A stretch of 64,000 nt of DNA. Origin: an uncultured delta proteobacterium (GTDB lineage: Bacteria; Myxococcota_A; UBA9160; SMWR01). The DNA lies in NCBI GenBank assembly GCA_963832165.1, contig CAWHTE010000003.1, positions 320,001 through 384,000 on the forward strand, given 5' to 3'. Under the pieces are notes generated by a model. That model did not search any database, was not told the origin of the DNA, and saw nothing but the letters and a program-made list of their open reading frames with translations. Both the position numbers and the translations under genes were made by a program. Shown here piece by piece: positions 9,829-19,527 of the stretch (position 1 is the stretch's first letter; each line of letters begins with the position of its first letter).

Positions 9829-9912
9829 CGATGGACTTCGCTCGCCCACACGATGGACTTCGCTCGCCTGCGGCTCGCTGCGCGAAACTTGCGCTCGCTG
9901 CGCGAGACCTGC
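9829..9912 (-). repeat. REP-like hairpin repeat: full copy at 9851-9893 with partial duplications on both sides
   Basis: The reverse complement of 9851-9893 matches 61091-61133 at 41 of 43 nt. 9829-9846 duplicates 9851-9868, and 9894-9912 nearly duplicates 9874-9892. Confidence 0.85.
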
Positions 9913-9950
9913 ATCCATGCGGTACCTTCCGCCGCCCGCCGGAGCGCCGC

Positions 9951-10961
9951 GTGCCCAGATTCGACATCCGTCGCCTCGAACGCCTGATCGACGACTTTCG
10001 CAACGTGCGCCTACTGGTGCTCGGCGACCTCGTACTCGACGAGTACATCTGGGGGCGGGTCGAGCGGATCAGCCCCGAAGCGCCCGTGCCCGTGGTGCAC
10101 GTGCGCAACGAGACCACCATGCTCGGCGGCGCGGCCAACGCCGCGCGCAACGTGGTCGCGTTGGGCGGCTCGGTCGACGTGTGCTCCGTGATCGGCGACG
10201 ACGGGGCAGGGCGTCGGGTGGTCGAGCTGCTCAAGGACCTCGGCGTCGATCCGGGCGGACTCGTGCACGATCCCGAACGGCCAACCACGCGCAAGAGCCG
10301 CGTGATCGCGCAGCAGCAGCAGGTGGTGCGCTTCGATCGCGAGACGGCGGAGCCGCCGCCCGCGCGCGTGGGCCGCGAGCTGCTCGAGAGGCTCGAGCGT
10401 CTGATCCCGCGCGCCGACGGCGCGATCATCGAGGACTACGGGAAGGGCGTGTTGTCGCGGCGCCTCGCGTCCGCGGCGATGAAGCGCTTCCGCGCCGCGA
10501 AGCTGCCGGTGGCCGTGGATCCGAAGTCCGACCTCGCGCCTTACCGCGGCGCCTCACTGCTCAAGCCGAACCAGCGCGAGACGGAGATCCTGAGCGGAAT
10601 CGAGATCCGCAGCCGCGAGGACCTGTCGCGCGCAGTCGCGCGGTTGCGCCGCCGGATCGGAGGCGGCGCCGTGGTCGTCACGCGCGGGTCCGACGGGATG
10701 TCGCTCTTCGAATCCGAAGGACCCGGCGTCGACGTGGCGTGCGCCTCTCGCGAAGTGTTCGACGTGCAGGGCGCGGGCGACACCGCGATCGCCGCGCTCG
10801 TGCTCGCGCTGCGCGCGGGCGGGAGTCTGTTCGAGGCCGCGATCATCGCGAATGCGGCGTCGGGAATCGTGGTGGGAAAGGTGGGCACCGCGACCGCGAG
10901 CGCCGACGAAGTGAAGGTCGCGCTGCCGGCCGCGCTCGCCGCGGCGACGGGCCGCGCATGA
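9951..10961 (+). CDS. rfaE1: D-glycero-beta-D-manno-heptose-7-phosphate kinase (HldE kinase domain / RfaE1, standalone)
   Basis: GDLVLDEY, RISPEAPVPV, LGGAANAARN, DYGKG, KPN and DVQGAGDT PfkB-family motifs; no fused adenylyltransferase domain. Confidence 0.9.
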   Translation: MPRFDIRRLERLIDDFRNVRLLVLGDLVLDEYIWGRVERISPEAPVPVVHVRNETTMLGGAANAARNVVALGGSVDVCSVIGDDGAGRRVVELLKDLGVDPGGLVHDPERPTTRKSRVIAQQQQVVRFDRETAEPPPARVGRELLERLERLIPRADGAIIEDYGKGVLSRRLASAAMKRFRAAKLPVAVDPKSDLAPYRGASLLKPNQRETEILSGIEIRSREDLSRAVARLRRRIGGGAVVVTRGSDGMSLFESEGPGVDVACASREVFDVQGAGDTAIAALVLALRAGGSLFEAAIIANAASGIVVGKVGTATASADEVKVALPAALAAATGRA

Positions 10962-11848
10962 TCCTGTCCATGACCGGTTTCGGAAACGTGCGCTTCCAGG
11001 TCGACGCGTGGACGTTCGAGCTCGAGATGAGGTCGGTGAATCACCGGCACTTCGACGCGCGGATCCGGCTGCCGCGCCTGCTCGCGAACCTCGAGCCCGA
11101 CGTGCGCGCGCGCCTGCAGAGCCGCTTCGCGCGCGGGAAGGTCGACCTCACCGTCACGGCTCCCGAAGGAGGCTCTCCGGCGCCGCGCCTCGAAGTCGAC
11201 CTCCAGGCTGCGCGCGCCTATCTCACCGCGGGCCGCGAGCTCGCCGCGAGCGATGGCGTGCGCGGTGAGCTCGACGCGGCCGCGCTGCTCTCGCTGCCGG
11301 GCGTGTCGCGCTTCATCGAGCCCGCGCTCGTGGAAGGCGTGCTGCGCGAGCGCACGCTCGCCGCGATCGACCAGGGTCTCGAGGCGCTGTTCGCGATGCG
11401 CGCGGCCGAGGGCGCGGCGCTCGCGCGCGACCTGCGCGGGCGGCTCGACCGCGTCGCGGAGCTCGCGGGCGAGGTCGAGCAGCGCTCCGGTCTGGTCCAG
11501 GAGTCCGCGCGCGAGCGGCTGCGCAAGCGCGCGCGGCAGCTCGAGTCCGAGACGGGACTGCTCGACGAAGCGCGCCTGCATCAGGAGGTCGCGATCGCGG
11601 CCGAGCGCATGGACGTCACCGAGGAGATCGTGCGGCTGCGCAGCCACATCGATCAGTTCCGGAACCTGCTCGACTCGGCCGGACCCGGGCGGCCGGTCGG
11701 GCGCCAGCTCGAGTTCCTGCTCCAGGAGCTCGTGCGCGAGGTGAACACGATCGGATCGAAGGGCAGCGACGCGCCGATCGCGCACTGGGTGGTGGAGCTG
11801 AAGACGGAGCTCGAGCGGCTGCGCGAGCAGGTGCAGAACATTGAGTAG
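10958..11848 (+). CDS. yicC: YicC/YloC family endoribonuclease
   Basis: MILSMTGFG, RSVNHR, DVTEEIVRL, GRQLEFLLQE, REVNTIGSK and REQVQNIE motifs. Confidence 0.93.
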   Translation: MILSMTGFGNVRFQVDAWTFELEMRSVNHRHFDARIRLPRLLANLEPDVRARLQSRFARGKVDLTVTAPEGGSPAPRLEVDLQAARAYLTAGRELAASDGVRGELDAAALLSLPGVSRFIEPALVEGVLRERTLAAIDQGLEALFAMRAAEGAALARDLRGRLDRVAELAGEVEQRSGLVQESARERLRKRARQLESETGLLDEARLHQEVAIAAERMDVTEEIVRLRSHIDQFRNLLDSAGPGRPVGRQLEFLLQELVREVNTIGSKGSDAPIAHWVVELKTELERLREQVQNIE

Positions 11849-12107
11849 CCGGGTCCTGCTCAACATCGGCTACGGCAACCTCGTGGTGTCGTCGCGCGTG
11901 ATCGCGATCGTGTCGCCGGGTGCCGCGCCGATGAAGCGCCTGCGCGACGAAGCCGCCAAGCGCGGCAAGCTCGTGGACTCCACCCAGGGCAGGCGCACGC
12001 GTTCGATCATCCTCATGGACGACGACCACGTGATCCTGTCGGCGATCAACCCCGAGACGATCGCGTCGCGCTTTGCCGCGGAGGAGAGCGAGGCGCTCGA
12101 TCCGTGA
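11841..12107 (+). CDS. remA: DUF370 / RemA family protein
   Basis: LLNIGYGNLV, APMKRL, DSTQGRRTRS and HVILSAINPET motifs; conserved yicC-DUF370-gmk order. Confidence 0.88.
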   Translation: MSSRVLLNIGYGNLVVSSRVIAIVSPGAAPMKRLRDEAAKRGKLVDSTQGRRTRSIILMDDDHVILSAINPETIASRFAAEESEALDP

Positions 12108-12793
12108 GCTGGCGGCGAGGAGCTTCGCGCAGCGAGCGGGCGAAGACTCGGTGCGAGCGAAGACCAGCTCGCAGGGGCTTTCCGGTGGTCGTGGCGGCTC
12201 CCTCGGGCACCGGCAAGACGACCGTGTGCCGCGAGGTCGTCGCGCGCGATCCCGAGATCGAGTTCTCCATCTCCCACACCACGCGCCCGCGCCGGGAGCG
12301 CGAGCGAGACGGCGTCGACTACCACTTCGTCACTCCGGAGGAGTTCACGCGCCTGGTCGAGACGGGCGCGTTCCTCGAGTGGGCGGAGTACAACGGTCAT
12401 CACTACGGCACGAGCTGGGCCGCGCTCGAAGAGCCACTGCGGCACGGGCGCGACCTCCTGCTCGAGATCGAGGTGCAGGGCGCGCGCCAGGTGCGCGAGA
12501 AGCGCGCCGACGCGCGATTCGTCTTCCTGCTGCCGCCGACGCTCGCGAGCCTGCGCGCGCGACTCGAGGGGCGCGGGAGCGACGACGCCAGCGCGATCGC
12601 CAGGCGGCTCGAGATCGCGCGGCGCGAGATCGATGCGGGAGAGGGCTTCGACTACGCGGTCGTGAACGATCGGCTCGAGACCTGCGTCGGCGAAGTGCTC
12701 GAAATCCTCGCCGCCGAGCGCTCGGGCGACACCGCGCAGTTGCGCGCGCGCTACGCGCCCGGTCCCGCGATCGCGCGGCTGCGCGCGGGCTGA
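12104..12793 (+). CDS. gmk: Guanylate kinase with an N-terminal extension derived from a repeat element
   Basis: APSGTGKTT, SHTTRPRR, DGVDYHF, HHYGT, LEIEVQGA and FLLPP motifs; GTG start overlaps the remA TGA. Confidence 0.93.
   Translation: MSWRRGASRSERAKTRCERRPARRGFPVVVAAPSGTGKTTVCREVVARDPEIEFSISHTTRPRRERERDGVDYHFVTPEEFTRLVETGAFLEWAEYNGHHYGTSWAALEEPLRHGRDLLLEIEVQGARQVREKRADARFVFLLPPTLASLRARLEGRGSDDASAIARRLEIARREIDAGEGFDYAVVNDRLETCVGEVLEILAAERSGDTAQLRARYAPGPAIARLRAG
12124..12166 (+). repeat. Variant copy of the REP-like repeat inside the 5' end of gmk
   Basis: TTCGCGCAGCGAGC (12124-12137) and GCGAGCGAAGACCA (12153-12166) match the two arms of the 61091 copy; the centre is longer. Confidence 0.7.
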
Positions 12794-12849
12794 CGCCTCC
12801 AGCATTCCGGGCCCGAAACCGGTAGATTGGTGAAACCCTCCGATCCGGA

Positions 12850-15018
12850 ATGGGTTTCTCCGTGCCGTATCTGCGTTTCAACGACATCGCGGATCGCATC
12901 CTCGAGTACGACCCGTCGTGTGACCTCGCGCTGCTCCAGCGCGCCTACGTGTTCTCGGCCAAGGTCCACGAGGGTCAGGAGCGCTTGTCCGGAGAGCCCT
13001 ACCTGGTGCACCCGCTCGCGGTCGCCTCGATCCTGGTCGACCTGCGCATGGACGAGGTGACGGTCGCTGCGGGTCTGTTGCACGACACGCTCGAGGACAC
13101 GCTCACCACCGCGGACGAGCTGCACCGCCTGTTCGGCGAGCAGGTGGTATTCCTCGTGGACGGTCTGACCAAGATCGCGCGCGTCGAGTTCAAGTCTTCG
13201 CGCGAACGCCAGGCCGAGAGCTTTCGCAAGATGCTGCTCGCGATGTCGAGCGACATCCGGATCCTCCTGATCAAGCTCGCCGACCGCCTGCACAACATGC
13301 GCACGCTCTCGTACGTCTCCGAGGATCGCGCGCGTCAGATCGCGCAGGAGACCCAGGACATCTACGTGCCCCTCGCGCATCGCCTGGGCATCCACTGGAT
13401 GAAGCACGATCTCGAGGACCTCGCGTTTCGCGCGATCGAGCCCGCTGCCGCGCGCGACCTCGAGCGGCGCCTGCGCTCCAAGCAGAAGGCGCGCAGCCGC
13501 TACATCGACGAGGTGAAGGGCGTGCTCTCGGCCCGCCTGCGCGAGGCGACTCTCGACGCGGAGGTCACGGGGCGGCTCAAGGACCTCGCTTCGATCCACG
13601 CCAAGATGCAACGCGACGGCGTGTCGCTCGACGAGATCTACGACGTGATCGCGTTTCGGATCATCGTCGAGGGCGGCACCGCCGACGTCTACTCGGCGCT
13701 CGGGATCGTGCACGCGATCTGGCGTCCGGTGACGGGCCGTTTCAAGGACTACGTCGCGCTGCCGAAGGCAAACGGGTACCAGTCGCTCCACACCACGGTG
13801 ATCGGACCCTACGGCGAGCGCATGGAGGTGCAGATCCGCACCAGCGCGATGCACCGCGACGCCGAGCTCGGCATCGCCGCGCACTGGAAGTACAAGGCGG
13901 GCAAGGTCGAATCGGACCCCGACGACAGCAAGTTCGCCTGGTTGCGCCAGCTGGTCGAGCGCCACCGCGATCTCGACGACCCGAACGAGTTCATCGAGAC
14001 GGTCAAGATCGACCTGTTCCCCGACGAGGTGTTCGTGTTCACGCCGCGCGGCGACGTGATCGGCCTGCCCGTCGGCGCGACGCCGGTCGACTTCGCCTAC
14101 GCGATCCACAGCGAGGTCGGCGACTCGTGCGCGGGCGCGAAGATCAACGGCAAGCTCGTGTCGCTGCGCCACAAGCTCCAGGACGGAGACACCGTCGAGA
14201 TCCTGACCCACGCGCGGCAGCTGCCGCGCAAGGACTGGCTCGACTTCGTCGTCACGGGCAAGGCGCGCAGCAAGATCCGCCACGCGATCCGCGCCGAGGA
14301 GAAGGAGCGCAGTCGCGAGCTCGGCCGCGAGCTGCTCGATCGCGAGTTCCGCAAGGCCGGGCTCTCGCTGCCCCGCGCGCTCGAACGCCCGGGCATCCTC
14401 GAGCTCGCGCAGCGACACGGCCGCGGTTCGGTCGACGATCTGCTCGCATGGGTGGGCTACGGCCGGATCGAGGCGGCGACGATCGTGCGCGAGCTCCAGG
14501 GCAGCGCCGCGCCGCCCGAGCCCGAGCCCGCGCCGAAGCGCCGCCTGTTCGGACGCGCGAAGGAGGGCAGCAGCAGCGGCCTGCAGGTGGGCGGCCAGTC
14601 CGACGTGATGGTGCGCTTCGGCGGCTGTTGCGCGCCGTTGCCCGGCGACGAGGTGGTCGGCTTCGTGACGCGTGGCCGCGGCGTGACCGTGCATCTCAAG
14701 GATTGCCCGAAGGTCTTCGAGCTCGATCCGGAGCGCCGCATCGACGTCGACTGGCAGACCGGCGCCGGCAACGAAGTGATGCGCAAGATCCGCATGCGCG
14801 TTCGCTCGCAGGATCAGCCGGGTCTGCTCGCGAAGGTCACGAAGTCGATCTCTGCCGAGGGCGTGAACATCGGCGCGGCCGTCGTCACGACGAGCCCGGA
14901 CCGCCTCTCGGAGCAGACCTTCGACGTGTGGGTCCCCGACGTAGCGAAGCTGAATTCGGTCATGAAGGAGATCCGCAAGATCAAGGGCGTGCTCTCGGTC
15001 GAGCGACTCCGGACGTGA
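12850..15018 (+). CDS. relA: Bifunctional (p)ppGpp synthetase/hydrolase (Rel, long RSH)
   Basis: Intact hydrolase motifs R.SGEPY..HP and HDTLEDT; synthetase RFKD and NGYQSLH; TGS, CC..H..C and ACT domains. Start may be the GTG at 12862. Confidence 0.95.
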   Translation: MGFSVPYLRFNDIADRILEYDPSCDLALLQRAYVFSAKVHEGQERLSGEPYLVHPLAVASILVDLRMDEVTVAAGLLHDTLEDTLTTADELHRLFGEQVVFLVDGLTKIARVEFKSSRERQAESFRKMLLAMSSDIRILLIKLADRLHNMRTLSYVSEDRARQIAQETQDIYVPLAHRLGIHWMKHDLEDLAFRAIEPAAARDLERRLRSKQKARSRYIDEVKGVLSARLREATLDAEVTGRLKDLASIHAKMQRDGVSLDEIYDVIAFRIIVEGGTADVYSALGIVHAIWRPVTGRFKDYVALPKANGYQSLHTTVIGPYGERMEVQIRTSAMHRDAELGIAAHWKYKAGKVESDPDDSKFAWLRQLVERHRDLDDPNEFIETVKIDLFPDEVFVFTPRGDVIGLPVGATPVDFAYAIHSEVGDSCAGAKINGKLVSLRHKLQDGDTVEILTHARQLPRKDWLDFVVTGKARSKIRHAIRAEEKERSRELGRELLDREFRKAGLSLPRALERPGILELAQRHGRGSVDDLLAWVGYGRIEAATIVRELQGSAAPPEPEPAPKRRLFGRAKEGSSSGLQVGGQSDVMVRFGGCCAPLPGDEVVGFVTRGRGVTVHLKDCPKVFELDPERRIDVDWQTGAGNEVMRKIRMRVRSQDQPGLLAKVTKSISAEGVNIGAAVVTTSPDRLSEQTFDVWVPDVAKLNSVMKEIRKIKGVLSVERLRT

Positions 15019-16142
15019 AAGTCCTCCAGCTCACGAGTGACTGGAAGTGGACCGGGCCCGCTGCGCCGATGGTCCAGCTCGCGGCCGCGCAGCGCGCAGC
15101 GGGTCACGACGTGTCGCTCGTGTGCGCACCCGCGCCGCCCGAGAGCGAGCCGTCGCTGCGCACGCGCGCGCGCGAGGCCGGCTTCACGCCCGCGCTCGAG
15201 TTGTCGCGCGCGCGCGGCGTCCGGCCGCTGCGCGACCGCGCCGACACCGCGCGCCTGCGCGCGCTCTTCGCAACGCGCCGCTTCGACGTGGTCCACACCT
15301 GGCACACGCGCGATCACGTGCTCGCGCTGCGCGCGCGCGCGCGGCTGCCGAGTGCGGCGCAGCCGCGCGTGGTGCGCTCGTACAAGGTCGCCGAGCCGAT
15401 CCCGCGCTGGCCCTGGAACCGCTGGCTGTTCGGGCCCGGCAGCGACGCGCTCGCCTGCGTGTCGGAGGCCGCGGTCGCGGCCAACCGGGGGCTGCGCGGT
15501 GGTCGCCCCGTGGCGGCGATCTACGGCGCCGTCGATCTCACGCGCTTCGCTCCGGCGCCCCCCGACAAGGCCGTGCGCGAGTCGCTCGGGCTCGCGCCCG
15601 AGCACCGTGCGATCGGGATCGTCGCGCGCGCGCAGCGCCACCGCCGTTTCGAGCTGTTGCTCGAGGCGACTGCGCGCATCGCGCGACGCGACGCGAGCAT
15701 GCGCCTGGTCGTGGTCGGCCGCGGCACGCACATCGAGGAGACCGCGGTGCGGCCCGCGGCGCGGCTCGGGATCGCCGACCGCGTGATCTTCGCGGGCTAT
15801 CGCACGGGCGACTACGCCGACGTGTTGCGGTGTATGGACGTGTTCACGTTCCTCGTGCCCGGATCCGATGGCGGCTGCCGCGCGCTGCTCGAGGCCGCGG
15901 CCTGCGCGATCCCCGCGGTGACCTCGCGGCGCGGCGCGCTGCCCGAGCTCGTCTCCAACGGCAGCACCGGGATCCTCGTCGACGAGGATCCCGAGTCGCT
16001 CGCCGCGGCCTGGCAGGCGCTGCTCGACGACCCGCAGCGGCGGGTGGCCATGGGGCGCGCGGCGCGCGCGCGCGCCGAGGCGGAGTGGAGCCCCGAGCGG
16101 CTCGCGGCGAGCGTCGGTGCGCTCTACGCCGCGATTCTGTAG
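15015..16142 (+). CDS. Glycosyltransferase family 4
   Basis: GT-B features (KVLQL, FAGYR, LLEAAACAIPAV, GALPELV); GTGA overlap with the rel stop. Confidence 0.85.
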   Translation: MKVLQLTSDWKWTGPAAPMVQLAAAQRAAGHDVSLVCAPAPPESEPSLRTRAREAGFTPALELSRARGVRPLRDRADTARLRALFATRRFDVVHTWHTRDHVLALRARARLPSAAQPRVVRSYKVAEPIPRWPWNRWLFGPGSDALACVSEAAVAANRGLRGGRPVAAIYGAVDLTRFAPAPPDKAVRESLGLAPEHRAIGIVARAQRHRRFELLLEATARIARRDASMRLVVVGRGTHIEETAVRPAARLGIADRVIFAGYRTGDYADVLRCMDVFTFLVPGSDGGCRALLEAAACAIPAVTSRRGALPELVSNGSTGILVDEDPESLAAAWQALLDDPQRRVAMGRAARARAEAEWSPERLAASVGALYAAIL

Positions 16143-16159
16143 CGGAAGGCTCGGCGGGG

Positions 16160-18088
16160 CTAGATCGCGTCCTCGGCGACCGAACCGGACTGGAGGTCGA
16201 TGAACTCGCGGTAGAGGCCGCGCTCCGCGATCAGCTCCTCGTGGGTGCCGAGCTGCGACACGCGACCGTGCTCGAGCACGACGATCTTGTGCGCCGCGCG
16301 CACGGTCGAGAGCCGGTGCGCGATCACGAACGCGGTGCGGCCCGGCATCAGCTTCTCGATCGCGTCCTGCACCAGGCGCTCGCTCTTCGAGTCGAGCGAG
16401 CTCGTGGCCTCGTCGAGCACGAGGATCGCCGGATCGCGCAGGATTGCGCGCGCGATCGTCACGCGCTGGCGCTGTCCGCCCGAAAGGCGCGTGCCGGCCG
16501 CGCCCACCTCGGTCTCGTAGCGGTCGGGCAGACCCTCGGCGAACTCGTCGACGTGGGCCGCGCGCGCCGCCGCGAGGATCTCCTCCTCGGTGGCGTCGAG
16601 TCGCCCGTAGCGGATGTTCTCGCGGATCGTTCCGTCGAACAGGAACGGCTCCTGGGAGACGACCGCCATCTGGTCGAGCAGCGAAGCGCGGCTCACCTGG
16701 CGCAGATCGATCCCGTCGATCTCGATCTTCCCACTCGTCGGGTCGTAGAACCGGAGCAGCAGATCGACGAGCGTCGTCTTGCCTGCGCCGGTGCGGCCCA
16801 CGATCGCGATCACTTCGCCTGCGCGCGCTTCGAAGTTGACGTCTTCGAGCACGGGCTCGCGCCCGTACGTGAAGGTGACGTGGTCGAAGCGCACGCCGCG
16901 GTGGATGCGCGGGACCGGTACCGCGTTCTCGGCGTCGCGGATCTCGATCGGGCTGTCGAGCACCTCGAAATAGCGCTCGGCCGACGGCTCGGCGTCCGCC
17001 ACCCTCACCCAACCGCGCGCGAGCGTGCGCACGGGCCGGTACAGCGTGATCGTGATCGCAGCGAACGCCCCGAGATCGCCCAGCGTGAGGCCCCAGCGCC
17101 CGCGCAACACGAGGAAGATGCCGAGCACGAGCACACCGACCGCGGCGATGTTGTTCAGCGCGTCGACGAGCGTGCGCGCGAGCGTGCGGTTCACGGCCAC
17201 GCGCATGCCGCGCCGGAACAGCCGCCGGCTCGAGCGCGCGAAGCCCTCCTGCTCGTGGTCCTCGGCGCGGAACGCCTTGATCACCTTGATGCCCTCGAGG
17301 ATCTCGATCAGACGTCCCGTGAGATCCGCGAACTCGCGCTGCCTCTTGTGCGCGCTGCGCCGGATGCGCCGGCCGAAGATCGAGATCGTCACGGCGATCC
17401 CGGGCCCCACTAGGAGCATCACGAGCGAGAGCTGCCACGACACGTAGAAGAGCGAGGCCACGCCCACGATGAGCATCACGAACGCCTCGGCGAAGTCGTC
17501 GAACACGAGCGCGAGCGCTCCTTGCGCGGTCGTCACGTCTCCCATCAGCCGCGCAAACAGATCGCCGCGGCTGCGATCGCGGTGAAAGCGCAGCGGCAGC
17601 GCCAGCAGCCTTCCGCACAGCTCGACCTTCATGTCGAGGTCGATCCGGCCGAGCACCCACGCCACGAGGTACTCGCGCGCGAACAACACCACGGGCATTC
17701 CGAGCACGATCAGTGCGATCGCCGCGATGATCTCGAGCAGCCGGTTGCTGATCTCGTCCGCGAGCCGTGTGCGCGTGGCGTCTTCGTCGCGCGGGGGCAC
17801 CGGCGCCTGGGGAGCGGCCTCGGGCTTCTCGCCCGGCACGAGCTCGCCGAGCTTGAAGGGCAATGATCCGCCGGCCTCACGCATGGCCTGTGCGGGCGCG
17901 ATCACGTCATCGAAGATCGGCTTGATCAGGTAGGCGCGCCCATAGCGGCCCGCGCTGAAGACGCTCGCGAGCAGCAGGGCACCGATGATCGGCACGAGAT
18001 AGGGGCGCGCGTAGCTGAACAGCCGCCACAGCGACGATCGCATAGCGGTCGGTGCGCGGGCGTCCGCGGCATCGGATTCGGTGGACAA
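16160..18088 (-). CDS. msbA: ABC exporter, lipid A flippase MsbA-like
   Basis: TM domain plus GRTGAGKT, LSGGQRQR, LDEATSSLD and IAHRLST; LPS neighbourhood. Start is TTG 18088 or ATG 18043. Confidence 0.75.
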   Translation of the reverse strand: MSTESDAADARAPTAMRSSLWRLFSYARPYLVPIIGALLLASVFSAGRYGRAYLIKPIFDDVIAPAQAMREAGGSLPFKLGELVPGEKPEAAPQAPVPPRDEDATRTRLADEISNRLLEIIAAIALIVLGMPVVLFAREYLVAWVLGRIDLDMKVELCGRLLALPLRFHRDRSRGDLFARLMGDVTTAQGALALVFDDFAEAFVMLIVGVASLFYVSWQLSLVMLLVGPGIAVTISIFGRRIRRSAHKRQREFADLTGRLIEILEGIKVIKAFRAEDHEQEGFARSSRRLFRRGMRVAVNRTLARTLVDALNNIAAVGVLVLGIFLVLRGRWGLTLGDLGAFAAITITLYRPVRTLARGWVRVADAEPSAERYFEVLDSPIEIRDAENAVPVPRIHRGVRFDHVTFTYGREPVLEDVNFEARAGEVIAIVGRTGAGKTTLVDLLLRFYDPTSGKIEIDGIDLRQVSRASLLDQMAVVSQEPFLFDGTIRENIRYGRLDATEEEILAAARAAHVDEFAEGLPDRYETEVGAAGTRLSGGQRQRVTIARAILRDPAILVLDEATSSLDSKSERLVQDAIEKLMPGRTAFVIAHRLSTVRAAHKIVVLEHGRVSQLGTHEELIAERGLYREFIDLQSGSVAEDAI

Positions 18089-18141
18089 ATTCGCGCCTCG
18101 GGGGACGGCGGGCAGGCGGGGAGGGGCCCCCACGGTAGCGC

Positions 18142-19527
18142 CTAGCCCAGCTCCTCCGCGATCGCGTCGCCGGCGCGCCAGCCGAGCCAGACCTCGCCTT
18201 CACCGCCGAGACCGCCCACGCTGGCGCGGTCGAGGCCATACACGGCGGGCTTCGCGCACAGCCGCAGCTCGGGATCGTCGGGCCAGGCCGGGCCCCGCGG
18301 ATCCGCGAGCAGCGCGTCGGTGTCCCAGCGAAGCTCGGGCAGCGGCCGGCGCTCGAGCGCGCCTTCCGAGAACGGCAGCAGATCGCGCAGTGCGGCCGCG
18401 ATGCGTTCCTCGCCGCGGCGCTGTGCTTCGGCGTCGCCGACCGGCACGACCACCGAGGCGAGCAGGTCGAGACCCGCGTCTCGGCTCCGTCCGCGAAACA
18501 CGCGCAGCGCCACGCAGTCCTCGTCCTCGTCGTCCCGCCACACCACGCGGTCGGCCATGCTCGGCGGAATCTGCTCGCGCGGGCCGCGGTAGTGCACGGT
18601 GTGGCGTCGCCATTGGATCGGCGGCGCTTCGAGCGGGGTCGGGAGCGGCTCGTCGGACGCGGCCGCGATCGCCGCGGCGGGCGCGTTCAAGAGCAGCGCG
18701 CGGCCGGTCCAGATCTCCTTCGATCCGCCCACGGCAATCCCGGGCTGCTGCGAGACCGTCACGAGCCGGAAGCCGCGCTCGAGCACGCGGAACTCGCCGT
18801 AGAGCGTTGCGATCCGCCGCCGCAACAGGCCGCGCAGATACCCCTCGGCGCCGCTCATCGCGACGCCGCCGCGCAACAGGCCACCGATCAGTCGCGCGCG
18901 GGCGTGCGGCGAGGGCGCGCGGCCGCCCAGGTTCGAGAGTGCGCGCAGCGGCGCGTCGAGCAGGGAGCGCAGCGCGGGCGGAGCCTGTGTGAGCGCGCTC
19001 GGCCAGCCGCGCTCGAGGGACGCGCGCCGCGCGGGTGCGAGCGCCTCGCGCGCACGCCGCGCCGTGCGCAGCAGTGCGGGCGCCTCGAGCAGCGCCGCGC
19101 GCTCCGCTTCGGCAGCTTGGTCGAGCGCCTCGGCGAAACGCCGCGCGTCGTCGCGCGACACGAGGCCCCAGCTCGACCATTCCTCCGCGGTATGGCTCGT
19201 GCGCCCGAGATCCACGCGGCGCTCGGCGTCGCACACCTGGAGCGCGACCTCCTCGGAGACGAAGCGCCGCTGGTCGATCAGCGCGATGCCCATCGCGCGC
19301 AGACACCCCGAGAGCAGCCCGTGGCTGTCGGCATCGACGAGCAGGAACGGCTCGCGTACGAAATCGTCGTCGCCCGTGGCGCGTTCCTCGAGCACGAGCA
19401 CGCGCAGCCCGCGCTGGCCCATGCGCACCGCGGCCACGAGCCCCGGCAGCGCCGAGCCGAGCATGAGGACGTCCCAGCGGCGGACCCGGTGCGCTTCCGA
19501 GCTCGCGATCGACGGGAAGCCGCGCAT
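18142..19527 (-). CDS. FAD-binding-fold protein (phytoene desaturase / amine oxidase-like), divergent
   Basis: N-terminal WDVLMLGSALPGLVAA...LVLEE resembles a dinucleotide-binding fold; C-terminal GLGGEGE; TGATG coupling to purM. Confidence 0.6.
   Translation of the reverse strand: MRGFPSIASSEAHRVRRWDVLMLGSALPGLVAAVRMGQRGLRVLVLEERATGDDDFVREPFLLVDADSHGLLSGCLRAMGIALIDQRRFVSEEVALQVCDAERRVDLGRTSHTAEEWSSWGLVSRDDARRFAEALDQAAEAERAALLEAPALLRTARRAREALAPARRASLERGWPSALTQAPPALRSLLDAPLRALSNLGGRAPSPHARARLIGGLLRGGVAMSGAEGYLRGLLRRRIATLYGEFRVLERGFRLVTVSQQPGIAVGGSKEIWTGRALLLNAPAAAIAAASDEPLPTPLEAPPIQWRRHTVHYRGPREQIPPSMADRVVWRDDEDEDCVALRVFRGRSRDAGLDLLASVVVPVGDAEAQRRGEERIAAALRDLLPFSEGALERRPLPELRWDTDALLADPRGPAWPDDPELRLCAKPAVYGLDRASVGGLGGEGEVWLGWRAGDAIAEELG

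Noticed and set aside
9829..9912. Direct repeats read as a mini CRISPR array
   Set aside because: Only two or three partial units, no unique spacers of regular length, and no cas genes.
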